From IMG/VR virus record IMGVR_UViG_3300030101_002616, positions 16,484 through 80,483 of that record: a stretch of DNA of 64,000 nt. One strand, written 5' to 3'. Source of the DNA: a virus. The notes under the pieces are model-generated. The model was not told the origin of the DNA and did no database searches. It saw only the letters and a program-made list of their open reading frames with translations. Position numbers and translations under genes: made by a program. Of the stretch, positions 40,201-50,019 are shown piece by piece (position 1 is the stretch's first letter; each line of letters opens with the position of its first letter).

Positions 40201-43200
40201 TCATGGAAGGAATGGGAGAGTATGGTCCTAAAGATATAGAAGCATATAACAATCATGAAAGTACAGATCCAACCAACCCTAACGCAGGTAGGTATGTAGA
40301 TAATCAGGGCAATGCTAGACCATTACGCCCAGTAAAACCATACGCTGAAGAGTTAACAGTTAGAAATGGTATACCGGTTCTAACCATGGATAAAAACTCT
40401 TATGTAACTATAACTAAAGAACTAGCTGCAGAGTATCCACAACTAGAAAAGATGCGTTCTATTATGGCTAGTCAAGACATACAGGTGGTGCATGAAGAGA
40501 ATGCAACTAAAGGCGGACGTAAAGATGTAAGAGATTTGTATACTAATGACTTACAAAACTTAACACCTATGACAATGGATTCTAGTAAACTTAGATTACC
40601 ATCCATAGAAAGAGATAAGAAGACTGGAGAGATAACATTCTCTAGACAGATCCGTAAAAACGTAATAGCTAACTGGCAATTACCGTTAGATGAATTTGTA
40701 GAGTATCAATCCCTAGTATCAGAAAATATTCAAGAAGACACTAAAAAGTTAGAAGATGAGCTAGGCATAACCAAGTTAAGAAATGCTATAAAAAATAATA
40801 ATGTAGAAGCTATAGCTGATGCTAAACTAGCCTACTTACAAAAACTTAGAGACAAGTTAAGATCCGCTGTAAAAGAAAGAGGATTACCTGACTCTTACAT
40901 AGGCGCACTAAACATTGTACCAAACGGATCGTTTGACTACAGATTTGACATACCGCTAGCATTCCCTAACTACCAAGCTAAGTTTGAACAGATATTTTTT
41001 AGTCTGTTTAATAATGGTATATTCAAACAAAAACTAAAAGGTAAAGAACTAGTTCAGATAGCAGAAGCTGGTGGACATGCGGTTGACAGTGAACTAGAGA
41101 TGTACAATGGTACCAAGCCTGCACAAGTAATGATGCGTCGTAGTGATTTAGGTATCTCAGAAAATGAAAACATAGAAGAGCTTATAGCAAACAATGACCC
41201 AAGAATAAAAGTAATAGGATACCGTATACCTAACCAAGGTAAGAACTCTATGCTTCCAATGCAAGTAATACGCTTTTTACCTGAGTCACACGAGAAAGGA
41301 ATAATTGTGCCGGGCGGTGTAACAAGGCAAATGGGTAGTGACTTTGATGTAGATAAGATGATTACTATACAAAGAGAAGAAGGGACTACTCCTAGAAACG
41401 AGCGTGATAAAAGAATATTTGATATAATGTATAATTCAATCACAGCTAAAGAACATCTATCAGAAGTTCTAGATCCGCTAGATGGTGAACGTCTTAGAAA
41501 CAAAGCAGCTGAAGTTGGTAGAGGAGAAAATGTTATAGACTATAACAACCCTCTATCAGAGCTTGATATGGAGATGCGTAATAAAGCAGGTATTAGACTA
41601 AGAGGTTCTTGGGCTAACATGCTGGCAGGACACAATGTAGCACAAGCAGGTAACCTAAGAATAGATCCAGGCTATGCACCTATTATAGGAGGTACAACTT
41701 ATGATAAACTAGGACAGGTATTTGAATTTGGTACAAAAAAATATAATACTGCTGCAATATCTGCTTATCTATCAGCGGCTGTAGATGCTGCAAACGATCC
41801 AATACAAGTAGATATAAATGATAATGAGTTTACTGTGCCTGTAGCGGGTATGATGCTAAGCGCAGGAGTGCCGCTAGAAAACGTAATAGATTTCTTAACT
41901 CAACCTGCTATACTAGAAGTAATACAGCACGCAAGAGATAATAGTTACCACATGGGACAATTGTATAAATCTATGTCTGCAATTAGAAGACAAAGAAAGT
42001 TGCCAGCATCGGCTGAAACTTCCTACAATATTTCATTACAAGAACTATCTGACAAATCAGAAGATACTCAAGCTAAGATGTTAGATAACTTCGAGTTATT
42101 CTATAAAGCAGGAATGTCTACAGCAAGAGCCTTTAAAGTAATAACACCTGATAACTTAGATAATCTAAATGAAATATCTTCTTTACGAGCTTGGTTAGAT
42201 ATAGAACAACAGTTTACTACAAATCAAGATACTAATATTATTTATGGAGCTGAAGAGTTTGTAACTGAACTGCAGACAGGTAGAGAATCTGTATATCCAA
42301 TACAAGTAGCATACCGAGGAATATTTAATACAATGCTAGGTGCGGCTGAAGAAGCTGGATTCATTAACAATAGACCTGCATTCTTTAGATTTAAAAACAT
42401 ACTAAAAAATAGTTTATTACAAACTAGATTTAATTCTGAGCAACATAAGTTTATTGATAGAGCATTGTTTTTAAAGATAATGGGACACCCGGACAGTCCA
42501 CTAGCAGACTATATGTCTAAGGATCGCTTTGAAAAATTATATACTGATCCTAATAACAACATAGCTATAAGACTAGACAATCTACAGAAGAGTGATAAAC
42601 TATCAAACAATAGATTCTTTCAGTTATTAGAAGCTTCTGATACTAATAATGAAAAAGGTAATCCAGTGTTTACTATACAGTTAAACTCTAATTATGACAT
42701 GACATCTCTAGAAAAAAATACTTTGACAGTTGGATTCAAAGAGATGTTAGAAAGTAAAGACCCAGTTATAGCAGAGTTTGCAAAAGATTTAATAGCTAAT
42801 CAACTAATGTCTACCGGATTCCATCCTAGTAAAAACTCTTACATGGATCTAATACCACCGGAAGCATTTACAACTAGTATATTAAACTCAGCTATGGAAA
42901 GCCCTACCATGTTCTTTAATAAAATTCAAACTGAAACAATAGGACATGACTTCTATAATGACTTTGTTCACGATTTTATTCGTAACTTTGGAAGCGCAAC
43001 GCCTGGCGGTGCTCCACTGTTGCCCGTAGTTAGAAACAGAAATCTTAGTCCTAACAACGAAGGTTTAGTAAGAGTAGATAAAGTAAGAAACCCAAGTATA
43101 TTTAATAAAACAAATGGGTATGCAGCCTACTTTATTACATATCCAAAAGGTGCGGCACCTAAAGTATATGTAAGAGTAAATGGAAACATATATCAAGAAT

Positions 43201-43388
43201 TGCAAATGAAGGGAATAAAAGGAAAACTAAATGAAGTAGGTAGCACTGCAGAAAGAAGTTCTATAAATAAAACAGGCACAACAAGCATGCCAAACATGGA
43301 TACTTACATTGCTAATGCTGTACAAGCTCCTACCCCAACAGATGTAGAACAACCAGTAGAACTAACTAAAGTTTGTAGAATAGGATAA
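37263..43388 (+). CDS. Virion-packaged two-barrel RNA polymerase (phi14:2 gp66-like)
   Basis: 2041 aa; YRIPNQGKNS followed by GSDFDVDK (DFDVD at 41340-41354); DAQ and AAVDAA motifs. Confidence 0.85.
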   Translation: MACRYIRNKNNNITSAIAPNGQRSKLFDSLATATGNIDSARSVYENLYTKRGKELYGADFENFEKSQDFLTTDDNGEPILAAGNGFYYILKKNGKDRIVLNLKRPVRQVSSNLSFEEEREIIDTAISFVNDLRAQNPEYFKDPKKVTQFFNESKGSKGILAEIIATEAFDGIPNTKEGRELAVSLVKIGKERGEQAMLDALPEGVTLITKNDRGYVMLSVYDNWSDEIADDGTGNLSKKGWRSTIQEGLEEYGLVLRDDIGQLFDIDDTPIRIHDVSRLEENPKDKLSTTVKAILTDIRKTEPNSLGYFTAIPLDEIYADMAEATVNQPDFNKQLTRLEFMSKYKPNLVPVVETLKRLDREGQAAVFANFANSYKNFIQFKTRVEVKESGTRSIIEMFPSNRSNTARIAATRWNRQAAKDRAPNDRALYQLDEDGKRNVIDSKKSAATTAYEKLSKYENVRSIPNNGIQLNQDGNPVLTEELDAIVENLNDMLYNMSIQYGPTKEASAENLKKYFTIGEPRKNGFDLYKDFVAPPGGALQLQKLIKRINKNEDIFTKDRDIIKHLASITPYFKTQAADSFLSGAGKTYYPINQLTTLDEIVNHVRSEEFTKTVEDFQNTRLFNPSSVETNYRSQFLFALATNDTFKAKFMSEVLDSTKTANDFGIGQDYESQNNRTSLIARLNAFANNEDKTAFKLAVSTQADRKRMDFVTMIRIDKLPISQREAIKALIVQDLAVMDKANQDIAEMPANELIKGYHYLTEPQAADGPVFTMPQIGFLKGDYTSELRDNMTPYLDGTLDETTKARIDQEIESLVDKVYKQLDVYYDGLVSEMRRLDIDNKELRSSIRNEADLKNFIINDFYGRIEFNKLSRGGMSFAQKGPKDYYKRMKGINTPGTKLAIKGSLDADPNYGMMPTYNAITIAKLDFQDRAKALKIADDINNNLQDAGLTETEANEIALQYGSVDKGDAQSFISLDMYRGIMEGMGEYGPKDIEAYNNHESTDPTNPNAGRYVDNQGNARPLRPVKPYAEELTVRNGIPVLTMDKNSYVTITKELAAEYPQLEKMRSIMASQDIQVVHEENATKGGRKDVRDLYTNDLQNLTPMTMDSSKLRLPSIERDKKTGEITFSRQIRKNVIANWQLPLDEFVEYQSLVSENIQEDTKKLEDELGITKLRNAIKNNNVEAIADAKLAYLQKLRDKLRSAVKERGLPDSYIGALNIVPNGSFDYRFDIPLAFPNYQAKFEQIFFSLFNNGIFKQKLKGKELVQIAEAGGHAVDSELEMYNGTKPAQVMMRRSDLGISENENIEELIANNDPRIKVIGYRIPNQGKNSMLPMQVIRFLPESHEKGIIVPGGVTRQMGSDFDVDKMITIQREEGTTPRNERDKRIFDIMYNSITAKEHLSEVLDPLDGERLRNKAAEVGRGENVIDYNNPLSELDMEMRNKAGIRLRGSWANMLAGHNVAQAGNLRIDPGYAPIIGGTTYDKLGQVFEFGTKKYNTAAISAYLSAAVDAANDPIQVDINDNEFTVPVAGMMLSAGVPLENVIDFLTQPAILEVIQHARDNSYHMGQLYKSMSAIRRQRKLPASAETSYNISLQELSDKSEDTQAKMLDNFELFYKAGMSTARAFKVITPDNLDNLNEISSLRAWLDIEQQFTTNQDTNIIYGAEEFVTELQTGRESVYPIQVAYRGIFNTMLGAAEEAGFINNRPAFFRFKNILKNSLLQTRFNSEQHKFIDRALFLKIMGHPDSPLADYMSKDRFEKLYTDPNNNIAIRLDNLQKSDKLSNNRFFQLLEASDTNNEKGNPVFTIQLNSNYDMTSLEKNTLTVGFKEMLESKDPVIAEFAKDLIANQLMSTGFHPSKNSYMDLIPPEAFTTSILNSAMESPTMFFNKIQTETIGHDFYNDFVHDFIRNFGSATPGGAPLLPVVRNRNLSPNNEGLVRVDKVRNPSIFNKTNGYAAYFITYPKGAAPKVYVRVNGNIYQELQMKGIKGKLNEVGSTAERSSINKTGTTSMPNMDTYIANAVQAPTPTDVEQPVELTKVCRIG

Positions 43389-46300
43389 TGGCAAAAAAAT
43401 GTAGCATACAAGTCAATGGACAAGAGCATATAATGCTAACACAGTTAGCTGATTATATAGATAACTCTGAACCAAACTCTAGAAGTATAGAAAAAGTAGT
43501 AGACATACTAAAAGAAGGTAAAGGTATAACTAGTGTTCAAGGCGTGCCTGGACTGTTTGTTACTGAAGATCAAAGAAAAGATATTAAGTTAATTAATAGT
43601 CAGGGCATGGTGCCAGGGTTAATTGATGTAAAGTACTTTGAATCAATTGCACAGGGACCAGATGGTAGTCCTACAAATATATATAAGATAGAAGTTAATG
43701 ATAATATTCTACAACAAAGACCTAAAGTAGGAGACTCAAACTCTAACTTTAACTATAATAATCAGTATGAGCTAGATCAGTTTAATAGACTAAGCGCTGA
43801 TAAAAAATCTACACAGACTACAGAAAAAGAAATACCAGATAAACCAGAATCTCCTAAAGTATACAGTACAAATGCGCAAGCACAAAACGAACTGCAACAG
43901 CTAGCACTAGATGCAAAAATTATTATTGAAGCACAGCTGCAAGAAGTAAAAGGCTTACCAGATGAAATGCGCGAGAAAAAAGAAATAAGACTTAAAAGAT
44001 TACAAGCAGCTGTAGATAAAATTAAAAGAGCTGATGATTTCTTCATGTTTGTGGTAGCTAATAGGGACAATATAAACAATGCTGTAGAGGAGTTTAATTC
44101 TATAATGGCATTACCTATAGAAGAAAGAGCTAAGCCTAAAAACATGAATCGAATGTATGAAATTAAAAATACACTTGATAGTGTGGATACGCTTGTAAAA
44201 CTTAAACAAGTTGTAATAGATCAAATAGGATTAGGTCAACAAGGAAGGCTGCAAGAAATATTAGATAATATAAAAAACACAATAGATAAAGCAGAAGAAT
44301 TAGATAATAGTTTTGAAAGAGAGATTATACCTATCATGGCAGAGGTATTAGTAGGGTACCATAACCAAGCCATAGATCCAAAGATTGATTCAATAATAAA
44401 AAACATAGAAAAGTTTGGGGACTGGAGAAGATTCAAATCAGAAGTTGATACAACTAATGAATACAAAGAGTTAGAGGAAAGATTAAAAGACGGAAAGATA
44501 ACAACGCAAGGATTTGAAGAAGCTGCAAAAAGAATGACCTTAGATAGTTTTAAAAACAGAAAGATCCTAGGCAGAGATAAGTTAATAAAAGAAATGACAG
44601 CGGCGCACAAAGATAAAAGTGCGTTTTCGTATTACTTTGATCCGTTAATATATTCATCTGAGGCTGCAATACAATTGTTTACTAAGTCTGTAAAAGAAGC
44701 AACGTTCAAGAAAAATGAAATGACTCTTGATTTTAAGTACATACTTAAAGAGGAGTATGATGCATTTACCGAGGGTATGAATGAAACGCAGATAGCTAAA
44801 CTAAATGATGATCTACTAGAAGTTGTCACATATTATAGAAGAGACGCAAATGGAGATATAAGTTCAACGGAGCTACTATCTTTAGTGCACCCGCTATTAA
44901 TAAATAAGTTCAACGAGGACAGAATAAAAATGCGAGAGCGTCTAAATAAAAAATACAATAGACCTCAAAGAGAAGATTATACAAGTAAAGCAGAATATGG
45001 TGAAGCAAATGCAGCTTGGGATAGATCTAAAAACAGAACTCTATATTACAAAGCAGAGCAGAAATGGATTCAAGAAAATACTGAACCAATTGAAGGATGG
45101 GAAAAAGAAATAGCCAAACTTAATAGAGAAATAGGAGAGGCAGAAAAAACATTACAGAAAGCAAAGGCCGCAGGACGTAGTGATGCAGAGTATAATGCTA
45201 TGCAACAAATAAAAGAAACAAGAAAAGCTATACGCTCTATGATAAATCCTGTAACAGGTAAACCCAAAGGGCCTTTAGTAAAACCAAAAACTTCTGTATA
45301 TACTAATCCAAAGTATACTGCCATACAGAACGATCCTAGAAAGAAAAGATATTATGACTTTACTTTAAAATCTCTCAGAGAAACTCAACAAATGATTGGT
45401 AAAAAGAGAATGAGAAGTCAAGTATACGATGAGTATTCATATCTAATGCCTTCAATACGTAAAAATGATTTTGATCGTGCTATGGAACAAGGTCTAGTAG
45501 CATCAGCAAAAGAATTATTATCAGATACATTTACAGTTCAAGAGACAGAAAAAGATGTATTTGGTAACTACAATGAGCAGACAGGAGAGCTACAACAAGC
45601 AGTTCCAGTATTCTATACCAACGAGGTAGATCATAAAGATATATCAAAAGATATAGCTAGTAGTCTATATCAATTTAGAGATATGGCAAACAACTATGTA
45701 ACTAAAAATGAAATAGTAGGACAAGTTATGTTGTTTAGAGATATACTAAAAAACAGAGATACTATGGAAGTGGATGCTGGAGGTGTTGCATATCTAAGTG
45801 GTATAGCAAACAAGTTAGGCGTAAAACTTCCTGCTAAAAAAGCTGGTGAGTCATATACGTTTAAGCACGTTGATGCTTTCATAGATACAATAATGTTTGG
45901 GCAAAGAGAGTTAAAAGAAAACTTTAAAATATTTGGAAAAGAAATATCTGCAAACAAATTTGCTAATGCATTGAATGCTTTTGTAGCAATGAATACGTTA
46001 TCATTTAACTTCTTGCAAGGTGCTAACCAAAGTATAATAGATAACATGGCTCTTATTAGTGAAGCAAACGCAGGTGAATTCTTTAGTCGTTCAGATCTAG
46101 CCTGGGCTAAGTCTCAGTATTGGTCTGAAGGTGCAGGATTATCTGACACTGGAAGATTCATACCTGACACAAAACTAGGTAAAGCATTAGAAATGTTCGA
46201 CGCCTTAACAGAGTTTACAGATCAAGAAGGTAGAAGATTAGTAGGGGGAAGATTACGTAAAGCGCTAGAAACAGGTAACTTATTAGTAGTACAGCAAGCA

Positions 46301-47254
46301 GCTGAACACGAAGTTGCAACTACCAGAATGTTAGCGCTGATGAAAAACTTAGAGGGAAAATTAAAGGATAAGGATGGTAATGTTATAAACAATGAAGATG
46401 GAAAGCCAGCTAATTTATATGACTTACTATCAATAGATAAGAAGACAGGAAAAATGTCAGTAGATTCTAGAGTTGCAAACTTTAATAAGAGTGACTTTAT
46501 AAATCTAGTGCAAGGATTAGCTAGAAGAACTAACCAAACTAAGGGTGGATTTGACAGACCAACTGCACAAAGAATGTGGTATGGTAAACTAGCAATGCTA
46601 TTCCGCAGCTGGCTAGTACCCGGACTAAGACGTCGTTATGGACACGGAGGATTTACAGGCCCAACAGTGCATGCTGATGAAGAGTTAGGAACTGTAACTC
46701 AAGGTATGTACATATCATTCTGGAACTTTTTACGTAAAAGTGTAGCAGATAGAGCATGGCCACATACTGTATTTGATCAACTAACTGAGATGGAGCAGCA
46801 AAATATAAAACGTACAGGAACAGAGTTTGGATCTTTAGCAGCAGCATTTGTTCTAATACAAGCCTTACAAAATCTAGATGATGATGAAGAAAACTTTGCA
46901 ACAAACTTTTTACTGTACCAAACATTAAGATACCAAGCAGAGATAGTACAATGGACTCCAGGTGTTGGAACTATGGAAGCTATTCGTATTTTAAAATCAC
47001 CAACAGCAACAGCAAGACACGTAGAAAAAGCTATTAAACTTTTTGGTCAAATTAAAGACGAAGGATTATATAATCTAGGATTCCCAATAGATGAAAAAGA
47101 TATATTCTATCAAAGAGATTCAGGACGTTATCAAAAAGGTGATAGAAAAATTAAAAAAAGTCTTGAAGATTTACTGCCAATACTCAGAGGTCTAAACAAA
47201 AGTAAGACCCCTGAAGAGGCAGCTCAATATTTCCTAGGAGGAACGTATAACTAA
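43388..47254 (+). CDS. Giant ejected protein downstream of vRNAP
   Basis: 1288 aa, helical; TAATG overlap with vRNAP; single Cys at residue 5. Confidence 0.6.
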   Translation: MAKKCSIQVNGQEHIMLTQLADYIDNSEPNSRSIEKVVDILKEGKGITSVQGVPGLFVTEDQRKDIKLINSQGMVPGLIDVKYFESIAQGPDGSPTNIYKIEVNDNILQQRPKVGDSNSNFNYNNQYELDQFNRLSADKKSTQTTEKEIPDKPESPKVYSTNAQAQNELQQLALDAKIIIEAQLQEVKGLPDEMREKKEIRLKRLQAAVDKIKRADDFFMFVVANRDNINNAVEEFNSIMALPIEERAKPKNMNRMYEIKNTLDSVDTLVKLKQVVIDQIGLGQQGRLQEILDNIKNTIDKAEELDNSFEREIIPIMAEVLVGYHNQAIDPKIDSIIKNIEKFGDWRRFKSEVDTTNEYKELEERLKDGKITTQGFEEAAKRMTLDSFKNRKILGRDKLIKEMTAAHKDKSAFSYYFDPLIYSSEAAIQLFTKSVKEATFKKNEMTLDFKYILKEEYDAFTEGMNETQIAKLNDDLLEVVTYYRRDANGDISSTELLSLVHPLLINKFNEDRIKMRERLNKKYNRPQREDYTSKAEYGEANAAWDRSKNRTLYYKAEQKWIQENTEPIEGWEKEIAKLNREIGEAEKTLQKAKAAGRSDAEYNAMQQIKETRKAIRSMINPVTGKPKGPLVKPKTSVYTNPKYTAIQNDPRKKRYYDFTLKSLRETQQMIGKKRMRSQVYDEYSYLMPSIRKNDFDRAMEQGLVASAKELLSDTFTVQETEKDVFGNYNEQTGELQQAVPVFYTNEVDHKDISKDIASSLYQFRDMANNYVTKNEIVGQVMLFRDILKNRDTMEVDAGGVAYLSGIANKLGVKLPAKKAGESYTFKHVDAFIDTIMFGQRELKENFKIFGKEISANKFANALNAFVAMNTLSFNFLQGANQSIIDNMALISEANAGEFFSRSDLAWAKSQYWSEGAGLSDTGRFIPDTKLGKALEMFDALTEFTDQEGRRLVGGRLRKALETGNLLVVQQAAEHEVATTRMLALMKNLEGKLKDKDGNVINNEDGKPANLYDLLSIDKKTGKMSVDSRVANFNKSDFINLVQGLARRTNQTKGGFDRPTAQRMWYGKLAMLFRSWLVPGLRRRYGHGGFTGPTVHADEELGTVTQGMYISFWNFLRKSVADRAWPHTVFDQLTEMEQQNIKRTGTEFGSLAAAFVLIQALQNLDDDEENFATNFLLYQTLRYQAEIVQWTPGVGTMEAIRILKSPTATARHVEKAIKLFGQIKDEGLYNLGFPIDEKDIFYQRDSGRYQKGDRKIKKSLEDLLPILRGLNKSKTPEEAAQYFLGGTYN

Positions 47255-47724
47255 CGACCTTCTCTTTCTATAGCCATAAGCAATAGTAATAGATAACCAA
47301 CTAGATCTCTAGCTGTGTCTTCTGTATCATCATTCAATCCTTTGTTAGCTATGCGGGCTAGCTTATCATCTATCCTAGCTTTGATAGCTTCACTTGCTCC
47401 AAGTTTACTAAATACACCAAGAGGGTTAAGCGCCGTGTTTCCATACGCAGCGTTCTTTTCCTTCAGTAAATCTGTAATGGATTCAGTAACTTTGTCCAAG
47501 TGCCATGCAAAATCTGCATTGTCAGGAACTTTCCAAGCAGGCACAGTGCATGCACCGGGCTCTACCTGTTCAATACAATCTTCTGGATACCAAAATGTAA
47601 ATGTAGTTTCACCCGGCATCACTAGTCTAAATCCATCTCTTGGATTCTTTTCTAGTACTTCATATATGTGACCCACCTTACCGCGGTGTCCACAATCTTT
47701 TATTATTCTTGCTAACTGTTTCAT
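47251..47724 (-). CDS. Nucleotide-modification-associated domain 1 (DUF1599-like) protein
   Basis: KNAAYGN...RIDDKLARI...EDTARDLVGYLLL. Confidence 0.65.
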   Translation of the reverse strand: MKQLARIIKDCGHRGKVGHIYEVLEKNPRDGFRLVMPGETTFTFWYPEDCIEQVEPGACTVPAWKVPDNADFAWHLDKVTESITDLLKEKNAAYGNTALNPLGVFSKLGASEAIKARIDDKLARIANKGLNDDTEDTARDLVGYLLLLLMAIEREGR

Positions 47725-47727
47725 AAT

Positions 47728-48444
47728 TTAAAAAGGTACTTCATTAAGTTGTCTAGGCAATGGTTCGCCACAGTATGTATTCCATTTAATAGGCGTTTCA
47801 AGAAACGTGTTGACTCTAGTAAAACTATTACTAGTATGGAAGCCAGCACTACCACCGGTATAAGCATCAGCTGCGGGATGCGGCGCTTTAACAATCTTGT
47901 TATCACCTTGTATGAATTTTTCATAATCTTGTGCTTTTTTGCCCCATAGAACATAAACAATATTATTCATGCTGCCTGAAAGACTGGTTAATAATTCTTT
48001 TGTAAACGTGTTCCACAACACAGTGTGTGAACCAGGCTTACCTCTTTCAACAGTCAAAGCTGTGTTAAGTAATAACACTCCTTGATCTGCCCAACTAGTT
48101 AAATCATAATCAAAATCAATACACAAGGTTTCATACTCATGTTCTAATGCCTTAGTTATCCATTGTAAACTAGGACTAATTTTTGGACTATGATTACTGT
48201 TAGCAAAAGCTAATCCAGTTGCACTGCCGTCGTGATACGGATCTTGCCCAAGTATAACTACTCTGAGTTTTGACAAGGGACAAAGTTTAAATGCACGAAA
48301 AGTAAGTTTTGTATCAGGGTATATAATTCTACCTTCTGCTTTACCTTTCTTTATTGTTGTAGTCAAGCTGTTAAAATAACTTGAAATTAATATTGGTTCA
48401 AGCAAGGGATACCAATCCCCCACTTGTTTTTGTATTGGATTCAT
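47728..48444 (-). CDS. ung: Uracil-DNA glycosylase, family 1
   Basis: VILGQDPYH, GLAF, SPSL, QGVLLLNTALTV, LWG, HP. Confidence 0.92.
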   Translation of the reverse strand: MNPIQKQVGDWYPLLEPILISSYFNSLTTTIKKGKAEGRIIYPDTKLTFRAFKLCPLSKLRVVILGQDPYHDGSATGLAFANSNHSPKISPSLQWITKALEHEYETLCIDFDYDLTSWADQGVLLLNTALTVERGKPGSHTVLWNTFTKELLTSLSGSMNNIVYVLWGKKAQDYEKFIQGDNKIVKAPHPAADAYTGGSAGFHTSNSFTRVNTFLETPIKWNTYCGEPLPRQLNEVPF

Positions 48445-49181
48445 ATATAAATTTTTGGGTTAAACGTTTCTTCTTTTATATCAATAATACTAAGCAACTC
48501 TGATCCAGGTTCAATCTCTGCATCAAGTTCCTCTTGCAATCTCAAGCGTCGCTTCTCATCTTGGAAAAGAATAGACGCCATCTGGCCATGTATAGTAAAG
48601 CCATGAAACTCTAGTATCTTGCTCTTGTAATTAGGACTAAACTTAGAGTACTTGCCTTCAATAAACATTTCGTAATCTCGTAAGTAATTTGCAGGCACAT
48701 CAAATACAAACATTACAAAGTATGGAGATGGATCAAATGTATCTTTAAAGTTTCTAAACTTTTTCAAAGCTTGTTCAAACTTCAAGAATACAGTATCACC
48801 AGAAAATCTGTACAACAAACCAATACATCTTTCGTATTGATCTACATTTATAAACGCATTAATAAACAACTTGTCATACATAAACAGTCTTCTGGTCCCA
48901 CCAAGCATAGGTAGTAAAAACAAGGAAGACTTGTTTAACCTAGCTACAGATAATTCATAACTAGGTTTCAAGTCTACAATTTCTAAATTTATGTTGTTGA
49001 CTTTAAAAGGTTTCTTATCTACGTTTATAGTCTCATGCAGTGTTATAGATCTATTGTCAAAGGACAGTGCCACTACTTCATCTGCAAGTGTTGTAGGTAT
49101 TATAGATGCAACATCACCTGTTATAACAAAAGATCTTGGATCTTTAATTACATAAAAACATTCTTTAGATTTTATTCCCAT
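48441..49181 (-). CDS. Hypothetical protein
   Basis: 246 aa, overlaps both neighbours. Confidence 0.5.
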   Translation of the reverse strand: MGIKSKECFYVIKDPRSFVITGDVASIIPTTLADEVVALSFDNRSITLHETINVDKKPFKVNNINLEIVDLKPSYELSVARLNKSSLFLLPMLGGTRRLFMYDKLFINAFINVDQYERCIGLLYRFSGDTVFLKFEQALKKFRNFKDTFDPSPYFVMFVFDVPANYLRDYEMFIEGKYSKFSPNYKSKILEFHGFTIHGQMASILFQDEKRRLRLQEELDAEIEPGSELLSIIDIKEETFNPKIYI

Positions 49182-49945
49182 GAGTCATCTTCATTTACAA
49201 CGGTTACTAATTCAGGGTTAGGAGTTGGCATAAACAAATGCTCTGGTATCTCGCCAACATCTTTCTCCGCTATATCTATATTAGTATGCATGCGTACAAG
49301 TTTAAACGTTTCATAGAATCTAGATATACCTTCATCTAATCTAAACTTTGCTAGATACTGAGATAGTACTACTGAATGGTGTGACAATACGTCTGGCATA
49401 TTATCAATAATTGAATCAGCTGTTTTGATACCCAGTCCAGGAATACCAGGTATACCATCAGTGCTATCGCCCATAAGAACCTGCTTCCATAAGAAGTCAC
49501 GAGCTTGATCATCTGTTGTTTCATGAAATTCTGCTTTTTGATAATTATAATGTTTACCTGGAAGTTGTTGTAACACATCTTTATCAGGACTGCAGATTAC
49601 ACAGTTATCATCTAACATGTGGCGAGCTATGCCCACAAGGTCATCAGCTTCTAGGCCTGTAAAGGATCTAAAGTTCCAGGGTTCTTGTTGTATGTATGCG
49701 TCTAATGCGTAGTATATAGGTGGTTTGCTTCCGTGTTTTCTATTGTACTTGTAAGGTTTACTTTTTGCCATGTCATATCTAAAACACTTGCCGCGTGTTA
49801 GATAACCAATGTAACTATCAGATTCTGTTTCTATCAGTATTTGTTGTATTCTATTGTTCAATCCTTCGATTGCTTCTTCAAGGGTATCTTTACCCATTTC
49901 ATAATACAGAAGACTATCTGCATCAATTAGTGCTACTCTATTCAT
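49172..49945 (-). CDS. 5'-3' exonuclease (T7 gp6/FEN-like)
   Basis: LIDADS, YKYNR, EADD, SPDKD, GDSTDGIPGIPGLG.KTA. Confidence 0.88.
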   Translation of the reverse strand: MNRVALIDADSLLYYEMGKDTLEEAIEGLNNRIQQILIETESDSYIGYLTRGKCFRYDMAKSKPYKYNRKHGSKPPIYYALDAYIQQEPWNFRSFTGLEADDLVGIARHMLDDNCVICSPDKDVLQQLPGKHYNYQKAEFHETTDDQARDFLWKQVLMGDSTDGIPGIPGLGIKTADSIIDNMPDVLSHHSVVLSQYLAKFRLDEGISRFYETFKLVRMHTNIDIAEKDVGEIPEHLFMPTPNPELVTVVNEDDSWE

Positions 49946-49972
49946 CGCATATGGTTTTATTAGGTTAAGAGC

Positions 49973-50000
49973 CTAGAAAGGGGCCGAAGCCCCCATCTAG
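49973..50000 (-). terminator. Hairpin with cUUCGg tetraloop after rIIB
   Basis: Minus strand ctagatgggggc-ttcg-gcccctttctag; short U-tract. Confidence 0.6.
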
Positions 50001-50019
50001 AATCATGAATACACAAACA

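Noticed and set aside
37269-43402. Split-intein trans-splicing as the explanation for terminal Cys
   Set aside because: No HINT-like blocks or His-Asn ends; the Cys are at positions 3 and 5 and 3-4 residues from the C-termini
332-46925. Many short antisense or nested ORFs inside plus-strand genes
   Set aside because: Shadows of long coding frames with no motifs or independent start context
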